Positions 1 through 10,500 of a stretch of DNA of 64,000 nucleotides are shown here, piece by piece. The notes below the pieces were generated by a model. The model was not told where the DNA came from. It ran no database searches and was given only the letters and a program-made list of their open reading frames with translations. Position numbers and translations under genes: made by a program. The number at the start of each line of letters is the position of its first letter. The first letter of the stretch is position 1. The stretch is from Synechococcus sp. Lineage in GTDB: Bacteria > Cyanobacteriota > Cyanobacteriia > PCC-6307 > Cyanobiaceae. The DNA is taken from NCBI GenBank assembly GCA_047284725.1, contig JBJBEO010000001.1, forward strand, positions 1,080,203 to 1,144,202. The letters are read 5' to 3'.

Positions 1-702
1 TTTGATGAATACGAAGCGTTGATGGAGGAGCCAGAGGAGCTTCCCAGTGGCTCCACAACCTTCATGCCGGCTGTTCAGGAGCGACTGGAACTGCTGGTCG
101 GCCCATCCGTTGCGCTCTCGTGTCCCTACGGACAAGCGATGCTGGTGCGTGATCAGGAGTACGGCAATCACGTCAAGGACCTGTTCGTGAAGCTGATCCG
201 CGCCGATCGAGACGACGGGATCGTTCTTGACGGCCAGAACCTTTCCAGCTACAGCACTGACTCGCTGCGTGAGGCGTTTGCCTATTGCGCCCCCTCGTCG
301 CAGTTCTTTGAGGGGACCATCCTGCAGAACATCTGCAAATTCCAGCCCAGTCGCTATCAGAAATCCGCCTATTTCTGGTCGGTGCTGCTGGGAGTGGACT
401 CCGAGATCCGAGCCTTGCCCGGTGGCTACGACACCACCATTGGCACGGCCAAGCCCAGTGGTCTCTCGATCGATTCGCAGTATCTGCTGCAGGTGATCGC
501 AGCCCTGTCGGGAACGGCGTCGGTCGTGCTTCTCGATCTCAGTGATTGTTCCTTCGGCAAGCGCTTTGTCGAGGGCCTGGAACTGATCCTTCAACGCTGC
601 GCAGGACGCAAGACGATTCTGGTGAATGGCAGTGGTCGTGTTCTGGAACGGCTGATTGCGAACCAATCGACCCTCGTGCTGTCGCCCGCATCGGGGGGAT
701 GA
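1..702 (+). CDS. C-terminal part of a type I secretion (HlyB-like) ABC transporter with a degenerate nucleotide-binding domain; 5' end lies outside the window
   Basis: Frame is open from base 1. Motifs FFEGTILQNI, LPGGYDTTIG and LSIDS..VVLLD match HlyB-type NBD spacing, but there is no Walker A. Lies directly upstream of a second ABC gene and hlyD. Confidence 0.8.
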   Translation, partial: FDEYEALMEEPEELPSGSTTFMPAVQERLELLVGPSVALSCPYGQAMLVRDQEYGNHVKDLFVKLIRADRDDGIVLDGQNLSSYSTDSLREAFAYCAPSSQFFEGTILQNICKFQPSRYQKSAYFWSVLLGVDSEIRALPGGYDTTIGTAKPSGLSIDSQYLLQVIAALSGTASVVLLDLSDCSFGKRFVEGLELILQRCAGRKTILVNGSGRVLERLIANQSTLVLSPASGG

Positions 703-752
703 AGGCCTGATCCCTTCACGTCTTTGACGATCGCATTTCCTTTCCTGCTGCC

Positions 753-2885
753 ATGACTCTTTCCCGTTCTCTGACCCGCGACCTGACGCTCAGCTCGGAG
801 GCTCCCCTCGCCTTCTGTCTGCGCTTGTTTCTGCAGAGCCTGCAATGGACCGGTCAAAGCTCTGATTTCGCCAGTGTGATGGGGCGCGATCCCCGCAGCC
901 TCGACCTGGTGGATGCACGCAATGTTCTGCTCAGGCTTGGTTACAACACACGTTTATTGCAGATCAATGATTTCAACGACCTGAAAACCACACTGCTGCC
1001 GGCCCTCTACGTCTCGCCTGACGACCAACCGTTTGTGCTGCAGAACGGCCCGGACGAAGGCCTTCAGGTGGTCAACGCCAGTGGTGTGTTCCCCCTCGAC
1101 GCCGTCGCGCCGGGTGGATGGATTCTGGTGCTGGACGACACGGAGCTGAATCAGCGTTCATCCTTCATTGAGATTCTGTTGCTTCGCTTCTCCACGAAGA
1201 TCAGAACGCTCTATCTGATCAGCTTTGCGATCGCATTGCTGTCATTGGCGCTGCCTTTTTACATTCGCGCTGTTTACAACATCGCCATTCCAGCCCGCAG
1301 TCTGAGCTCCACCTTCTGGCTGCTGATCGGTGGTGCCTTCGTGTTCACCCTCGATCTGAATTTAAGGCAGTGGCGCGTGAAGCTGCTCTCCAATCTGGGC
1401 GGCCGATTGGATGTGTTGTTTGGCCTCAAGTTGCTGCAGAAATTTCTGGGTCTTGATTTCCGGCAACTGGAAATGATGGGCTACGGAGGCTTCAGCAGTC
1501 GCTCGCGCAATCTCGAGTCGATTCTTGCCTATGCGCAGGGGCCTCTGGCTCTGGCCTTGCTCGATTCCCCCTTTGTCTTCCTCTATCTGCTGGCGATCTG
1601 GTGGCTTGGCGGTGCGCTTGTGCTCGTGCCGATTGTGATCATGGTCTTGAGCGGCGTGTTGATTGCCTTCCTCTCGCGCTACTACAGCAGTGCGCAGGAA
1701 TTGAACATCACCACGGGCATCAGTCTGTTCCAGGCACAGCAGGAACTGGTGCGCCGCTTTCTGGAGGTGCGTCTCTCCAATCTGGAGTGGGTGTGGTTCC
1801 AGCGTCTGCGTGGACTGTCGGGTCAAAGCACCTCCACCAGCCTGACGATCAACGAACAGGTGGGCCGACTTCAGGTGATCTCCTCCACCGCCTCGCAGCT
1901 GGCCGGTGTGATCACCTTGGGCGTGGGGTGCTGGTTTGCCTTCCAGTCCCAGGACCCCAAGGTGTACGGAAACCTGATCGCCGCCATGTTCCTGGTGTGG
2001 CGTGTGTTCACGCCGTTCCAGTACTTCATGAGTGCTCTGCTGCGCTTTGAGGCGGTGCGCCGTCAGTACGACCAGTTCGATCAGTTCATGCGTCTTAAGA
2101 CCGGTGATCGTCCCACCAATCTGTCGACCTACGAGGGATTCCGTTTCTCCGGCTACATCGAAATGACGGCTGTCTCCTGCCGCCTGGCTTACGACTCCTC
2201 CTTGCAGCTGACCCGTTGTTCGATGCGGGCGACGCCCGGGGAAATTCTTGCTCTGACGGGCAAATCCGGATCCGGCAAGTCGGTGGCGCTGCGGGTGATT
2301 GATCAGTTGTATCCGGTAAGCAGCGGCACGCTGCTGTTTGACGGCAAGGATCACCGGCAGTTCTCAGCCGATGCGATTCAGCGCAACATCGCCTATGTGT
2401 TGCCGTCACCCCAATTTCTGCCCGGCACCATCTGGGACAACCTTGTTGCCATGAACCCGGATGCCCGTTTTGACGATGTGCAACGGGTTTGCGATCAACT
2501 CGAACTCACCGCCTTCATCGCCTCGTTCCCCGATGGTTATGAATCGATCATCGATCACCAGGCGCTCTATCAGATCCCGATCGGCATCCGCCGATTGTTG
2601 TCGCTCGCGCAGGCCCTGATCAAGGATGCACCGATCCTGCTGATCGATGACATCACGCAGGGATTGACTCCAGAGCAGTTTGAGGTGGTGGCGAAGGTGG
2701 TGCCCACCTTGTCGCAATCCCACTTCAGCCATCAGAAGCGCACGGTGATTCTCTCGACCGATAACGCCATGCTGCTGGATCTTGCCGACAGGATCTGCAT
2801 CCTTGATAAGGGCGTGACCGCTTTTGAAGGCACCCAGGACGAACTCAAGCAGAGTTTGCAGAAGAACAGCGCGATGCCGGGATGA
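753..2885 (+). CDS. Type I secretion ABC transporter (C39-like domain, TMD, NBD), HlyB/LapB-like
   Basis: 710 aa. N-terminal C39-like region without catalytic Cys/His, hydrophobic TMD, Walker A GKSGSGKS, FPDGYES, ILLIDD, ADRICILDKG. Confidence 0.9.
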   Translation: MTLSRSLTRDLTLSSEAPLAFCLRLFLQSLQWTGQSSDFASVMGRDPRSLDLVDARNVLLRLGYNTRLLQINDFNDLKTTLLPALYVSPDDQPFVLQNGPDEGLQVVNASGVFPLDAVAPGGWILVLDDTELNQRSSFIEILLLRFSTKIRTLYLISFAIALLSLALPFYIRAVYNIAIPARSLSSTFWLLIGGAFVFTLDLNLRQWRVKLLSNLGGRLDVLFGLKLLQKFLGLDFRQLEMMGYGGFSSRSRNLESILAYAQGPLALALLDSPFVFLYLLAIWWLGGALVLVPIVIMVLSGVLIAFLSRYYSSAQELNITTGISLFQAQQELVRRFLEVRLSNLEWVWFQRLRGLSGQSTSTSLTINEQVGRLQVISSTASQLAGVITLGVGCWFAFQSQDPKVYGNLIAAMFLVWRVFTPFQYFMSALLRFEAVRRQYDQFDQFMRLKTGDRPTNLSTYEGFRFSGYIEMTAVSCRLAYDSSLQLTRCSMRATPGEILALTGKSGSGKSVALRVIDQLYPVSSGTLLFDGKDHRQFSADAIQRNIAYVLPSPQFLPGTIWDNLVAMNPDARFDDVQRVCDQLELTAFIASFPDGYESIIDHQALYQIPIGIRRLLSLAQALIKDAPILLIDDITQGLTPEQFEVVAKVVPTLSQSHFSHQKRTVILSTDNAMLLDLADRICILDKGVTAFEGTQDELKQSLQKNSAMPG

Positions 2886-2953
2886 CCTGACGCCCCCGAG
2901 CCGTCTGCTTGCTGTCAACCACGTTTCTTCCACTCTCTTTCCTCTTAAACGTC

Positions 2954-4339
2954 ATGACCACCACCTCCGCTTCCTCCTCCACTCCCTCCAACAACAGCTC
3001 CAGCCTGTCAACCGACAGTCTGCTCAGCTCCTTCTCTTCCCTGACCACGTCCGACACCTCGGCGTTGATCGGTCGCAATCGCCTCAATCAGGCCCTCGAA
3101 CTCGAAGAACCGCGCGACAATAAATTCCTGCGGCGAACACTGTTCGGTCTGGGCGGGGCGGCGCTGATTTTCTTCCCCTGGGCGCTGCTCACACCGATCA
3201 CGCAGGTGGTGCAAGCGTCCGGTGAGGTGGTTCCCAAGGGTTCGGTGAGTGTTCTCCAGCACCTGGAAGGCGGGATCGTTTCGAATGTGTCGGTGCAGAA
3301 CGGCCAGACTGTGAGCAAAGGCGATGTGCTTCTGACGCTCAATCCCAAACTGGTTGGCAGTGAATATGCGGCGATGCAGGCCAAGCTGGAAGCGTTGCTG
3401 CTGCAACAGCAACAGCTCCAGGCCGCCATCCGTGGTGATGGAAAGCTTCCAGAGGACACGGTTGGATCCGGTGAGCCTGCCAACGCCAAGATTGCTGAGG
3501 CTCAGCAGGCACTGCTCGATAGCCGTTTGAGCAACACTGCCGATCAGGTGGAGGCATCCAAAGCGATCGTGGCTGAAAAAGAGGCTGAGGTGGCTGGTCT
3601 GTCCGACCAGTTGCGCCTCACCATTGAGGAACGTGAGATGTGGGGGCAGCTCACCGATTCCGGTGCAGCGTCACAACTGCAGTACCTCACGGCCAGAGCC
3701 AAGGTGGCTGAAACCCGCACGGCTTTGAATGAGTCTCGCAAGGCACTCAGTCAGGCCAAGGCGAATCTGCGCGGTCTGAATTCAGGCCTTGTGTTTGAGC
3801 AGAATTCCCAGATTGCCCAGCTCGTCAATGAAGAGCAGGTGGTGGCTGAAAACATCCAGAAGATCAAGTTTCAGCTGGATCGCACCAAAGTCACCGCACC
3901 GGTGGATGGTGTGGTGAGTGACCTGCGTTTCCATGCCCCTGGCGCTGTGGTGGGTCCTGGTGCTGTGGTGGGGGCCGTGGTGCCTGCCGGCAGCAACAAG
4001 CTGGCGGAGATCCGCATTCCTTCCCAGGACATCGGCTTTGTCAAGGTGGGGCAGGACGTGAAGGTGAACCTTGCGCCCTATGACTCCTCGGTGTATGGAT
4101 CGATTCCTGGTCAGTTGGTGAGTATTTCCGGCGACACAGTGCAGGATCCGGATAACCGCCAGTTTTATTACATCGGTCAGGTGCAGCTCGAGCGCCAGAC
4201 CGTACATCCCTCAGGCAAGAAATACCCGATTCAGGTGGGTATGCCTGTGGTGGCTGATATCCAGGGCCAGCGCAGCAATGTGTTGCGTTATCTGTTCCAG
4301 CCGTTTGTGCGCACGATGGGCGGTGCTCTGAGGGAGTGA
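2954..4339 (+). CDS. hlyD: HlyD-family type I secretion membrane fusion protein
   Basis: Single TM, ASGEVVPKG..LQHLEGGIV, coiled coil, VTAPVDGVV, DIGFVKVGQ, GMPVVADI..YLFQP; ATG at 2954 chosen. Confidence 0.92.
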   Translation: MTTTSASSSTPSNNSSSLSTDSLLSSFSSLTTSDTSALIGRNRLNQALELEEPRDNKFLRRTLFGLGGAALIFFPWALLTPITQVVQASGEVVPKGSVSVLQHLEGGIVSNVSVQNGQTVSKGDVLLTLNPKLVGSEYAAMQAKLEALLLQQQQLQAAIRGDGKLPEDTVGSGEPANAKIAEAQQALLDSRLSNTADQVEASKAIVAEKEAEVAGLSDQLRLTIEEREMWGQLTDSGAASQLQYLTARAKVAETRTALNESRKALSQAKANLRGLNSGLVFEQNSQIAQLVNEEQVVAENIQKIKFQLDRTKVTAPVDGVVSDLRFHAPGAVVGPGAVVGAVVPAGSNKLAEIRIPSQDIGFVKVGQDVKVNLAPYDSSVYGSIPGQLVSISGDTVQDPDNRQFYYIGQVQLERQTVHPSGKKYPIQVGMPVVADIQGQRSNVLRYLFQPFVRTMGGALRE

Positions 4340-4380
4340 TCACCGGCGTTTCGCGCCGCCTCTCAGTTTGCATTCAGGTT

Positions 4381-4407
4381 CAAACCCCCTGCGCTGCAGG
4401 GGGTTTG
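4381..4407 (+). terminator. 12-bp perfect hairpin between hlyD and the giant gene (terminator or RNA-stability element)
   Basis: caaaccccctgc-gct-gcagggggtttg; weak U-tail. Confidence 0.55.
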
Positions 4408-4527
4408 CTGTTATCAGCGTATTCTCAGGGTTCTAGAGGTTCGTCCCTCAGTGACTGAATCCTGTTTTGCAAGAGAAGCGGAATAACTTGAAAACATCAC
4501 CTAGTAGTGCCTTCAGGACGACGAACG

Positions 4528-7500
4528 ATGGTTGACGAAAATCTCACCTCTGATCAAACCGGTTTTGATGCTGCTGGTACCGATGAGCAGACCAAACAGG
4601 TTGTCCAGGCTTCTGAGCAGCAAGTTCACGTGCCCGGTGGCCGTACAGCTCCAGTTGAGGGCAATACAGAGGTCCCTGATGTGCCCTATGAGGGCGAACC
4701 CGAGACGGTGAATCCGGGGAAGCCCCCAGCCAATGCAGTGGGTCCTGAGATTGAGGTGCAGACCCAACCCCAAGGCCTCGGCGGGGGCGTCACTCTTGCT
4801 TCTGAAGAGCCGGTTGAGGCGGATGAGCCTGAAACGCTACAACTTCTTGAATCTCCTGTTCCTACGGCGGATCCAATCATCACGGAAACAGTCGATGAAG
4901 GGGTCGCTCCTGCCATTGAGCCCGAGCCGGAGCCGGAGCCGGATCCAGAGCCTCAGCTCGAATTTTCGTTGGATGATCCACAGCTGGTGACGCCTGATGC
5001 AGGTACACCAGATGGTTCAGCACCGGTGGCGGTTGGTGATAACACCGATCAATCTCCTGTGAGTGTGACGACACGGGTTGCGACTCCCGTGCCTGGTCAA
5101 CTTGATTTTGACCTGAATCTCACATCTGGCAGTCCGATAACTATTCGGGACTCACTGACCGGCCAAACTGTTCAATTAAGAATTGACCGGGTCGATGGTG
5201 AGGATGTTGTTGTTGGATTTATTGGTAGTGGTGCCAATGAAACAACAGTTTTTACTGTTTCCGGCAATGAGCTTGATGGAACCATCACGCTGACTCAGTT
5301 CCGGTCGGTTCTGCATGGAGATCCACAAACCGATCCTAATACGAATGATCGTGTTGGCCTGTTTGGTCAAAATCCTGATAACGAGACTCCACCAGCGGGC
5401 TCTGAGCGCATTGTGCTTGTTGGTACATTGACCCAAGCTGACGGCCAGTCAGTTACGCAAGAAATTGATATCACGAATGCCATTGTTTTTACTGATGATG
5501 AGCCTGAGGTCAATGTTGAGGGTTCAGACATTGAGGGTTTGTTTGTCACGTATGATGGAAATACTTCCCTCGATGGTAATTTTCAAGGCTCTTCGAATGG
5601 AGATGTGCCTGCTGCTGGAACAGATTCTGATTCAGTTGTGATACCTGCTGCTTCGATTGAAGCTGCTTTCGTTTCTTCTGTTGATTACAATGCAGATGGA
5701 CCTGCTGCATCGGATATATCGCCTACTGGCGAACCTTCACCAGTTGTATCTGATTACCAGCTAGTTTTATTCGAAGACATCGTATCTGGAGTCACCCCTG
5801 TTCGAGATGATGACGGCTCTATTTGGCGCAGTCAGGGTGAGGAAGTCATATGGTTTGAAGTTTTAGGAGTCAATGGAGACCTTCTCAAGGTTGAAGGGCG
5901 AATTGATTTGGCTGGCGAGCAGATTGTTGTTTTTGATGTTGTTATTAATTCTGATCCCGCCGAGCCCGATGTTTTCGGCGATCTTGTCTTTACGCAATAC
6001 GAACAGTTGGATCATCTTGTTCCAACTTCGTCCGACTACACTTCCGATGAAAGAACACTTGGTAATAATCAGCTCTTTGTCGAGCAGCAAATAACTGCTA
6101 CAGATGCAGATTTTGATACTGATACGGCTACGGCTCGTATTGATCTTGGCAATAATTTGATTGTTGGTGATGACGGCCCAGCGATTGGCGAACTTGGCGA
6201 GGTTGATCTGAGTCAGATCACGCTGGTGACATCGGATGCAGCAGCAGCTGGTGGTAACTACACCGGCGGGTTTAGCGCCAGTGCGGATGCTGATTTTGAT
6301 GCAGCGTTTGAAGCCGTTGTGAGTGCTGCAGTGCTTGCAGGGGAGATTGATTTTGGAGCGGATATTGGAGGGACTGAGACTGCGGATGTCTCGAACTACA
6401 AGTTGGAGCTTGGTGATCTCGTTGGGGTCGGTGGTGTAACGGGGCTAACGAGTGAGGAACCCGGAACGGAAGGCGATCCCATTTATGTGTTCCTGAATGC
6501 TGCTGGAACGCAGTTGGTTGGTAGTACGAATGCTGGATATGACATTGCGGTCGATGGGATCGATGGAACGGTTGCATTCACGGTTGACCTGACGGGTGTG
6601 AATGACGTCGGCAATGTGGAGCTGACGCAGTATCAGGCTGTGACTCAGCCTGTTGCTCAAACGGATCCGGCTGCTCCGAACGATCCAATCACGGGTTATC
6701 CGAGTGATGAGGTGACGCTGGACGGTCTGGTGAAGTTGTCAGGAACAGTGACAGCGACAGACAGTGATGGAGACAAGGCGACGACAACACTGAGCACCGA
6801 CATTGGCGACAGTCTGGAACTGCGTGATGACGGCCCAGCGATTGGCGAACTTGGCGAGGTTGATCTGAGTCAGATCACGCTGGTGACATCGGATGCAGCA
6901 GCAGCTGGTGGTAACTACACCGGCGGGTTTAGCGCCAGTGCGGATGCTGATTTTGATGCAGCGTTTGAAGCCGTTGTGAGTGCTGCAGTGCTTGCAGGGG
7001 AGATTGATTTTGGAGCGGATATTGGAGGGACTGAGACTGCGGATGTCTCGAACTACAAGTTGGAGCTTGGTGATCTCGTTGGGGTCGGTGGTGTAACGGG
7101 GCTAACGAGTGAGGAACCCGGAACGGAAGGCGATCCCATTTATGTGTTCCTGAATGCTGCTGGAACGCAGTTGGTTGGTAGTACGAATGCTGGATATGAC
7201 ATTGCGGTCGATGGGATCGATGGAACGGTTGCATTCACGGTTGACCTGACGGGTGTGAATGACGTCGGCAATGTGGAGCTGACGCAGTATCAGGCTGTGA
7301 CTCAGCCTGTTGCTCAAACGGATCCGGCTGCTCCGAACGATCCAATCACGGGTTATCCGAGTGATGAGGTGACGCTGGACGGTCTGGTGAAGTTGTCAGG
7401 AACAGTGACAGCGACAGACAGTGATGGAGACAAGGCGACGACAACACTGAGCACCGACATTGGCGACAGTCTGGAACTGCGTGATGACGGCCCAGCGATT

Positions 7501-10500
7501 GGCGAACTTGGCGAGGTTGATCTGAGTCAGATCACGCTGGTGACATCGGATGCAGCAGCAGCTGGTGGTAACTACACCGGCGGGTTTAGCGCCAGTGCGG
7601 ATGCTGATTTTGATGCAGCGTTTGAAGCCGTTGTGAGTGCTGCAGTGCTTGCAGGGGAGATTGATTTTGGAGCGGATATTGGAGGGACTGAGACTGCGGA
7701 TGTCTCGAACTACAAGTTGGAGCTTGGTGATCTCGTTGGGGTCGGTGGTGTAACGGGGCTAACGAGTGAGGAACCCGGAACGGAAGGCGATCCCATTTAT
7801 GTGTTCCTGAATGCTGCTGGAACGCAGTTGGTTGGTAGTACGAATGCTGGATATGACATTGCGGTCGATGGGATCGATGGAACGGTTGCATTCACGGTTG
7901 ACCTGACGGGTGTGAATGACGTCGGCAATGTGGAGCTGACGCAGTATCAGGCTGTGACTCAGCCTGTTGCTCAAACGGATCCGGCTGCTCCGAACGATCC
8001 AATCACGGGTTATCCGAGTGATGAGGTGACGCTGGACGGTCTGGTGAAGTTGTCAGGAACAGTGACAGCGACAGACAGTGATGGAGACAAGGCGACGACA
8101 ACACTGAGCACCGACATTGGCGACAGTCTGGAACTGCGTGATGACGGCCCAGCGATTGGCGAACTTGGCGAGGTTGATCTGAGTCAGATCACGCTGGTGA
8201 CATCGGATGCAGCAGCAGCTGGTGGTAACTACACCGGCGGGTTTAGCGCCAGTGCGGATGCTGATTTTGATGCAGCGTTTGAAGCCGTTGTGAGTGCTGC
8301 AGTGCTTGCAGGGGAGATTGATTTTGGAGCGGATATTGGAGGGACTGAGACTGCGGATGTCTCGAACTACAAGTTGGAGCTTGGTGATCTCGTTGGGGTC
8401 GGTGGTGTAACGGGGCTAACGAGTGAGGAACCCGGAACGGAAGGCGATCCCATTTATGTGTTCCTGAATGCTGCTGGAACGCAGTTGGTTGGTAGTACGA
8501 ATGCTGGATATGACATTGCGGTCGATGGGATCGATGGAACGGTTGCATTCACGGTTGACCTGACGGGTGTGAATGACGTCGGCAATGTGGAGCTGACGCA
8601 GTATCAGGCTGTGACTCAGCCTGTTGCTCAAACGGATCCGGCTGCTCCGAACGATCCAATCACGGGTTATCCGAGTGATGAGGTGACGCTGGACGGTCTG
8701 GTGAAGTTGTCAGGAACAGTGACAGCGACAGACAGTGATGGAGACAAGGCGACGACAACACTGAGCACCGACATTGGCGACAGTCTGGAACTGCGTGATG
8801 ACGGCCCAGCGATTGGCGAACTTGGCGAGGTTGATCTGAGTCAGATCACGCTGGTGACATCGGATGCAGCAGCAGCTGGTGGTAACTACACCGGCGGGTT
8901 TAGCGCCAGTGCGGATGCTGATTTTGATGCAGCGTTTGAAGCCGTTGTGAGTGCTGCAGTGCTTGCAGGGGAGATTGATTTTGGAGCGGATATTGGAGGG
9001 ACTGAGACTGCGGATGTCTCGAACTACAAGTTGGAGCTTGGTGATCTCGTTGGGGTCGGTGGTGTAACGGGGCTAACGAGTGAGGAACCCGGAACGGAAG
9101 GCGATCCCATTTATGTGTTCCTGAATGCTGCTGGAACGCAGTTGGTTGGTAGTACGAATGCTGGATATGACATTGCGGTCGATGGGATCGATGGAACGGT
9201 TGCATTCACGGTTGACCTGACGGGTGTGAATGACGTCGGCAATGTGGAGCTGACGCAGTATCAGGCTGTGACTCAGCCTGTTGCTCAAACGGATCCGGCT
9301 GCTCCGAACGATCCAATCACGGGTTATCCGAGTGATGAGGTGACGCTGGACGGTCTGGTGAAGTTGTCAGGAACAGTGACAGCGACAGACAGTGATGGAG
9401 ACAAGGCGACGACAACACTGAGCACCGACATTGGCGACAGTCTGGAACTGCGTGATGACGGCCCAGCGATTGGCGAACTTGGCGAGGTTGATCTGAGTCA
9501 GATCACGCTGGTGACATCGGATGCAGCAGCAGCTGGTGGTAACTACACCGGCGGGTTTAGCGCCAGTGCGGATGCTGATTTTGATGCAGCGTTTGAAGCC
9601 GTTGTGAGTGCTGCAGTGCTTGCAGGGGAGATTGATTTTGGAGCGGATATTGGAGGGACTGAGACTGCGGATGTCTCGAACTACAAGTTGGAGCTTGGTG
9701 ATCTCGTTGGGGTCGGTGGTGTAACGGGGCTAACGAGTGAGGAACCCGGAACGGAAGGCGATCCCATTTATGTGTTCCTGAATGCTGCTGGAACGCAGTT
9801 GGTTGGTAGTACGAATGCTGGATATGACATTGCGGTCGATGGGATCGATGGAACGGTTGCATTCACGGTTGACCTGACGGGTGTGAATGACGTCGGCAAT
9901 GTGGAGCTGACGCAGTATCAGGCTGTGACTCAGCCTGTTGCTCAAACGGATCCGGCTGCTCCGAACGATCCAATCACGGGTTATCCGAGTGATGAGGTGA
10001 CGCTGGACGGTCTGGTGAAGTTGTCAGGAACAGTGACAGCGACAGACAGTGATGGAGACAAGGCGACGACAACACTGAGCACCGACATTGGCGACAGTCT
10101 GGAACTGCGTGATGACGGCCCAGCGATTGGCGAACTTGGCGAGGTTGATCTGAGTCAGATCACGCTGGTGACATCGGATGCAGCAGCAGCTGGTGGTAAC
10201 TACACCGGCGGGTTTAGCGCCAGTGCGGATGCTGATTTTGATGCAGCGTTTGAAGCCGTTGTGAGTGCTGCAGTGCTTGCAGGGGAGATTGATTTTGGAG
10301 CGGATATTGGAGGGACTGAGACTGCGGATGTCTCGAACTACAAGTTGGAGCTTGGTGATCTCGTTGGGGTCGGTGGTGTAACGGGGCTAACGAGTGAGGA
10401 ACCCGGAACGGAAGGCGATCCCATTTATGTGTTCCTGAATGCTGCTGGAACGCAGTTGGTTGGTAGTACGAATGCTGGATATGACATTGCGGTCGATGGG

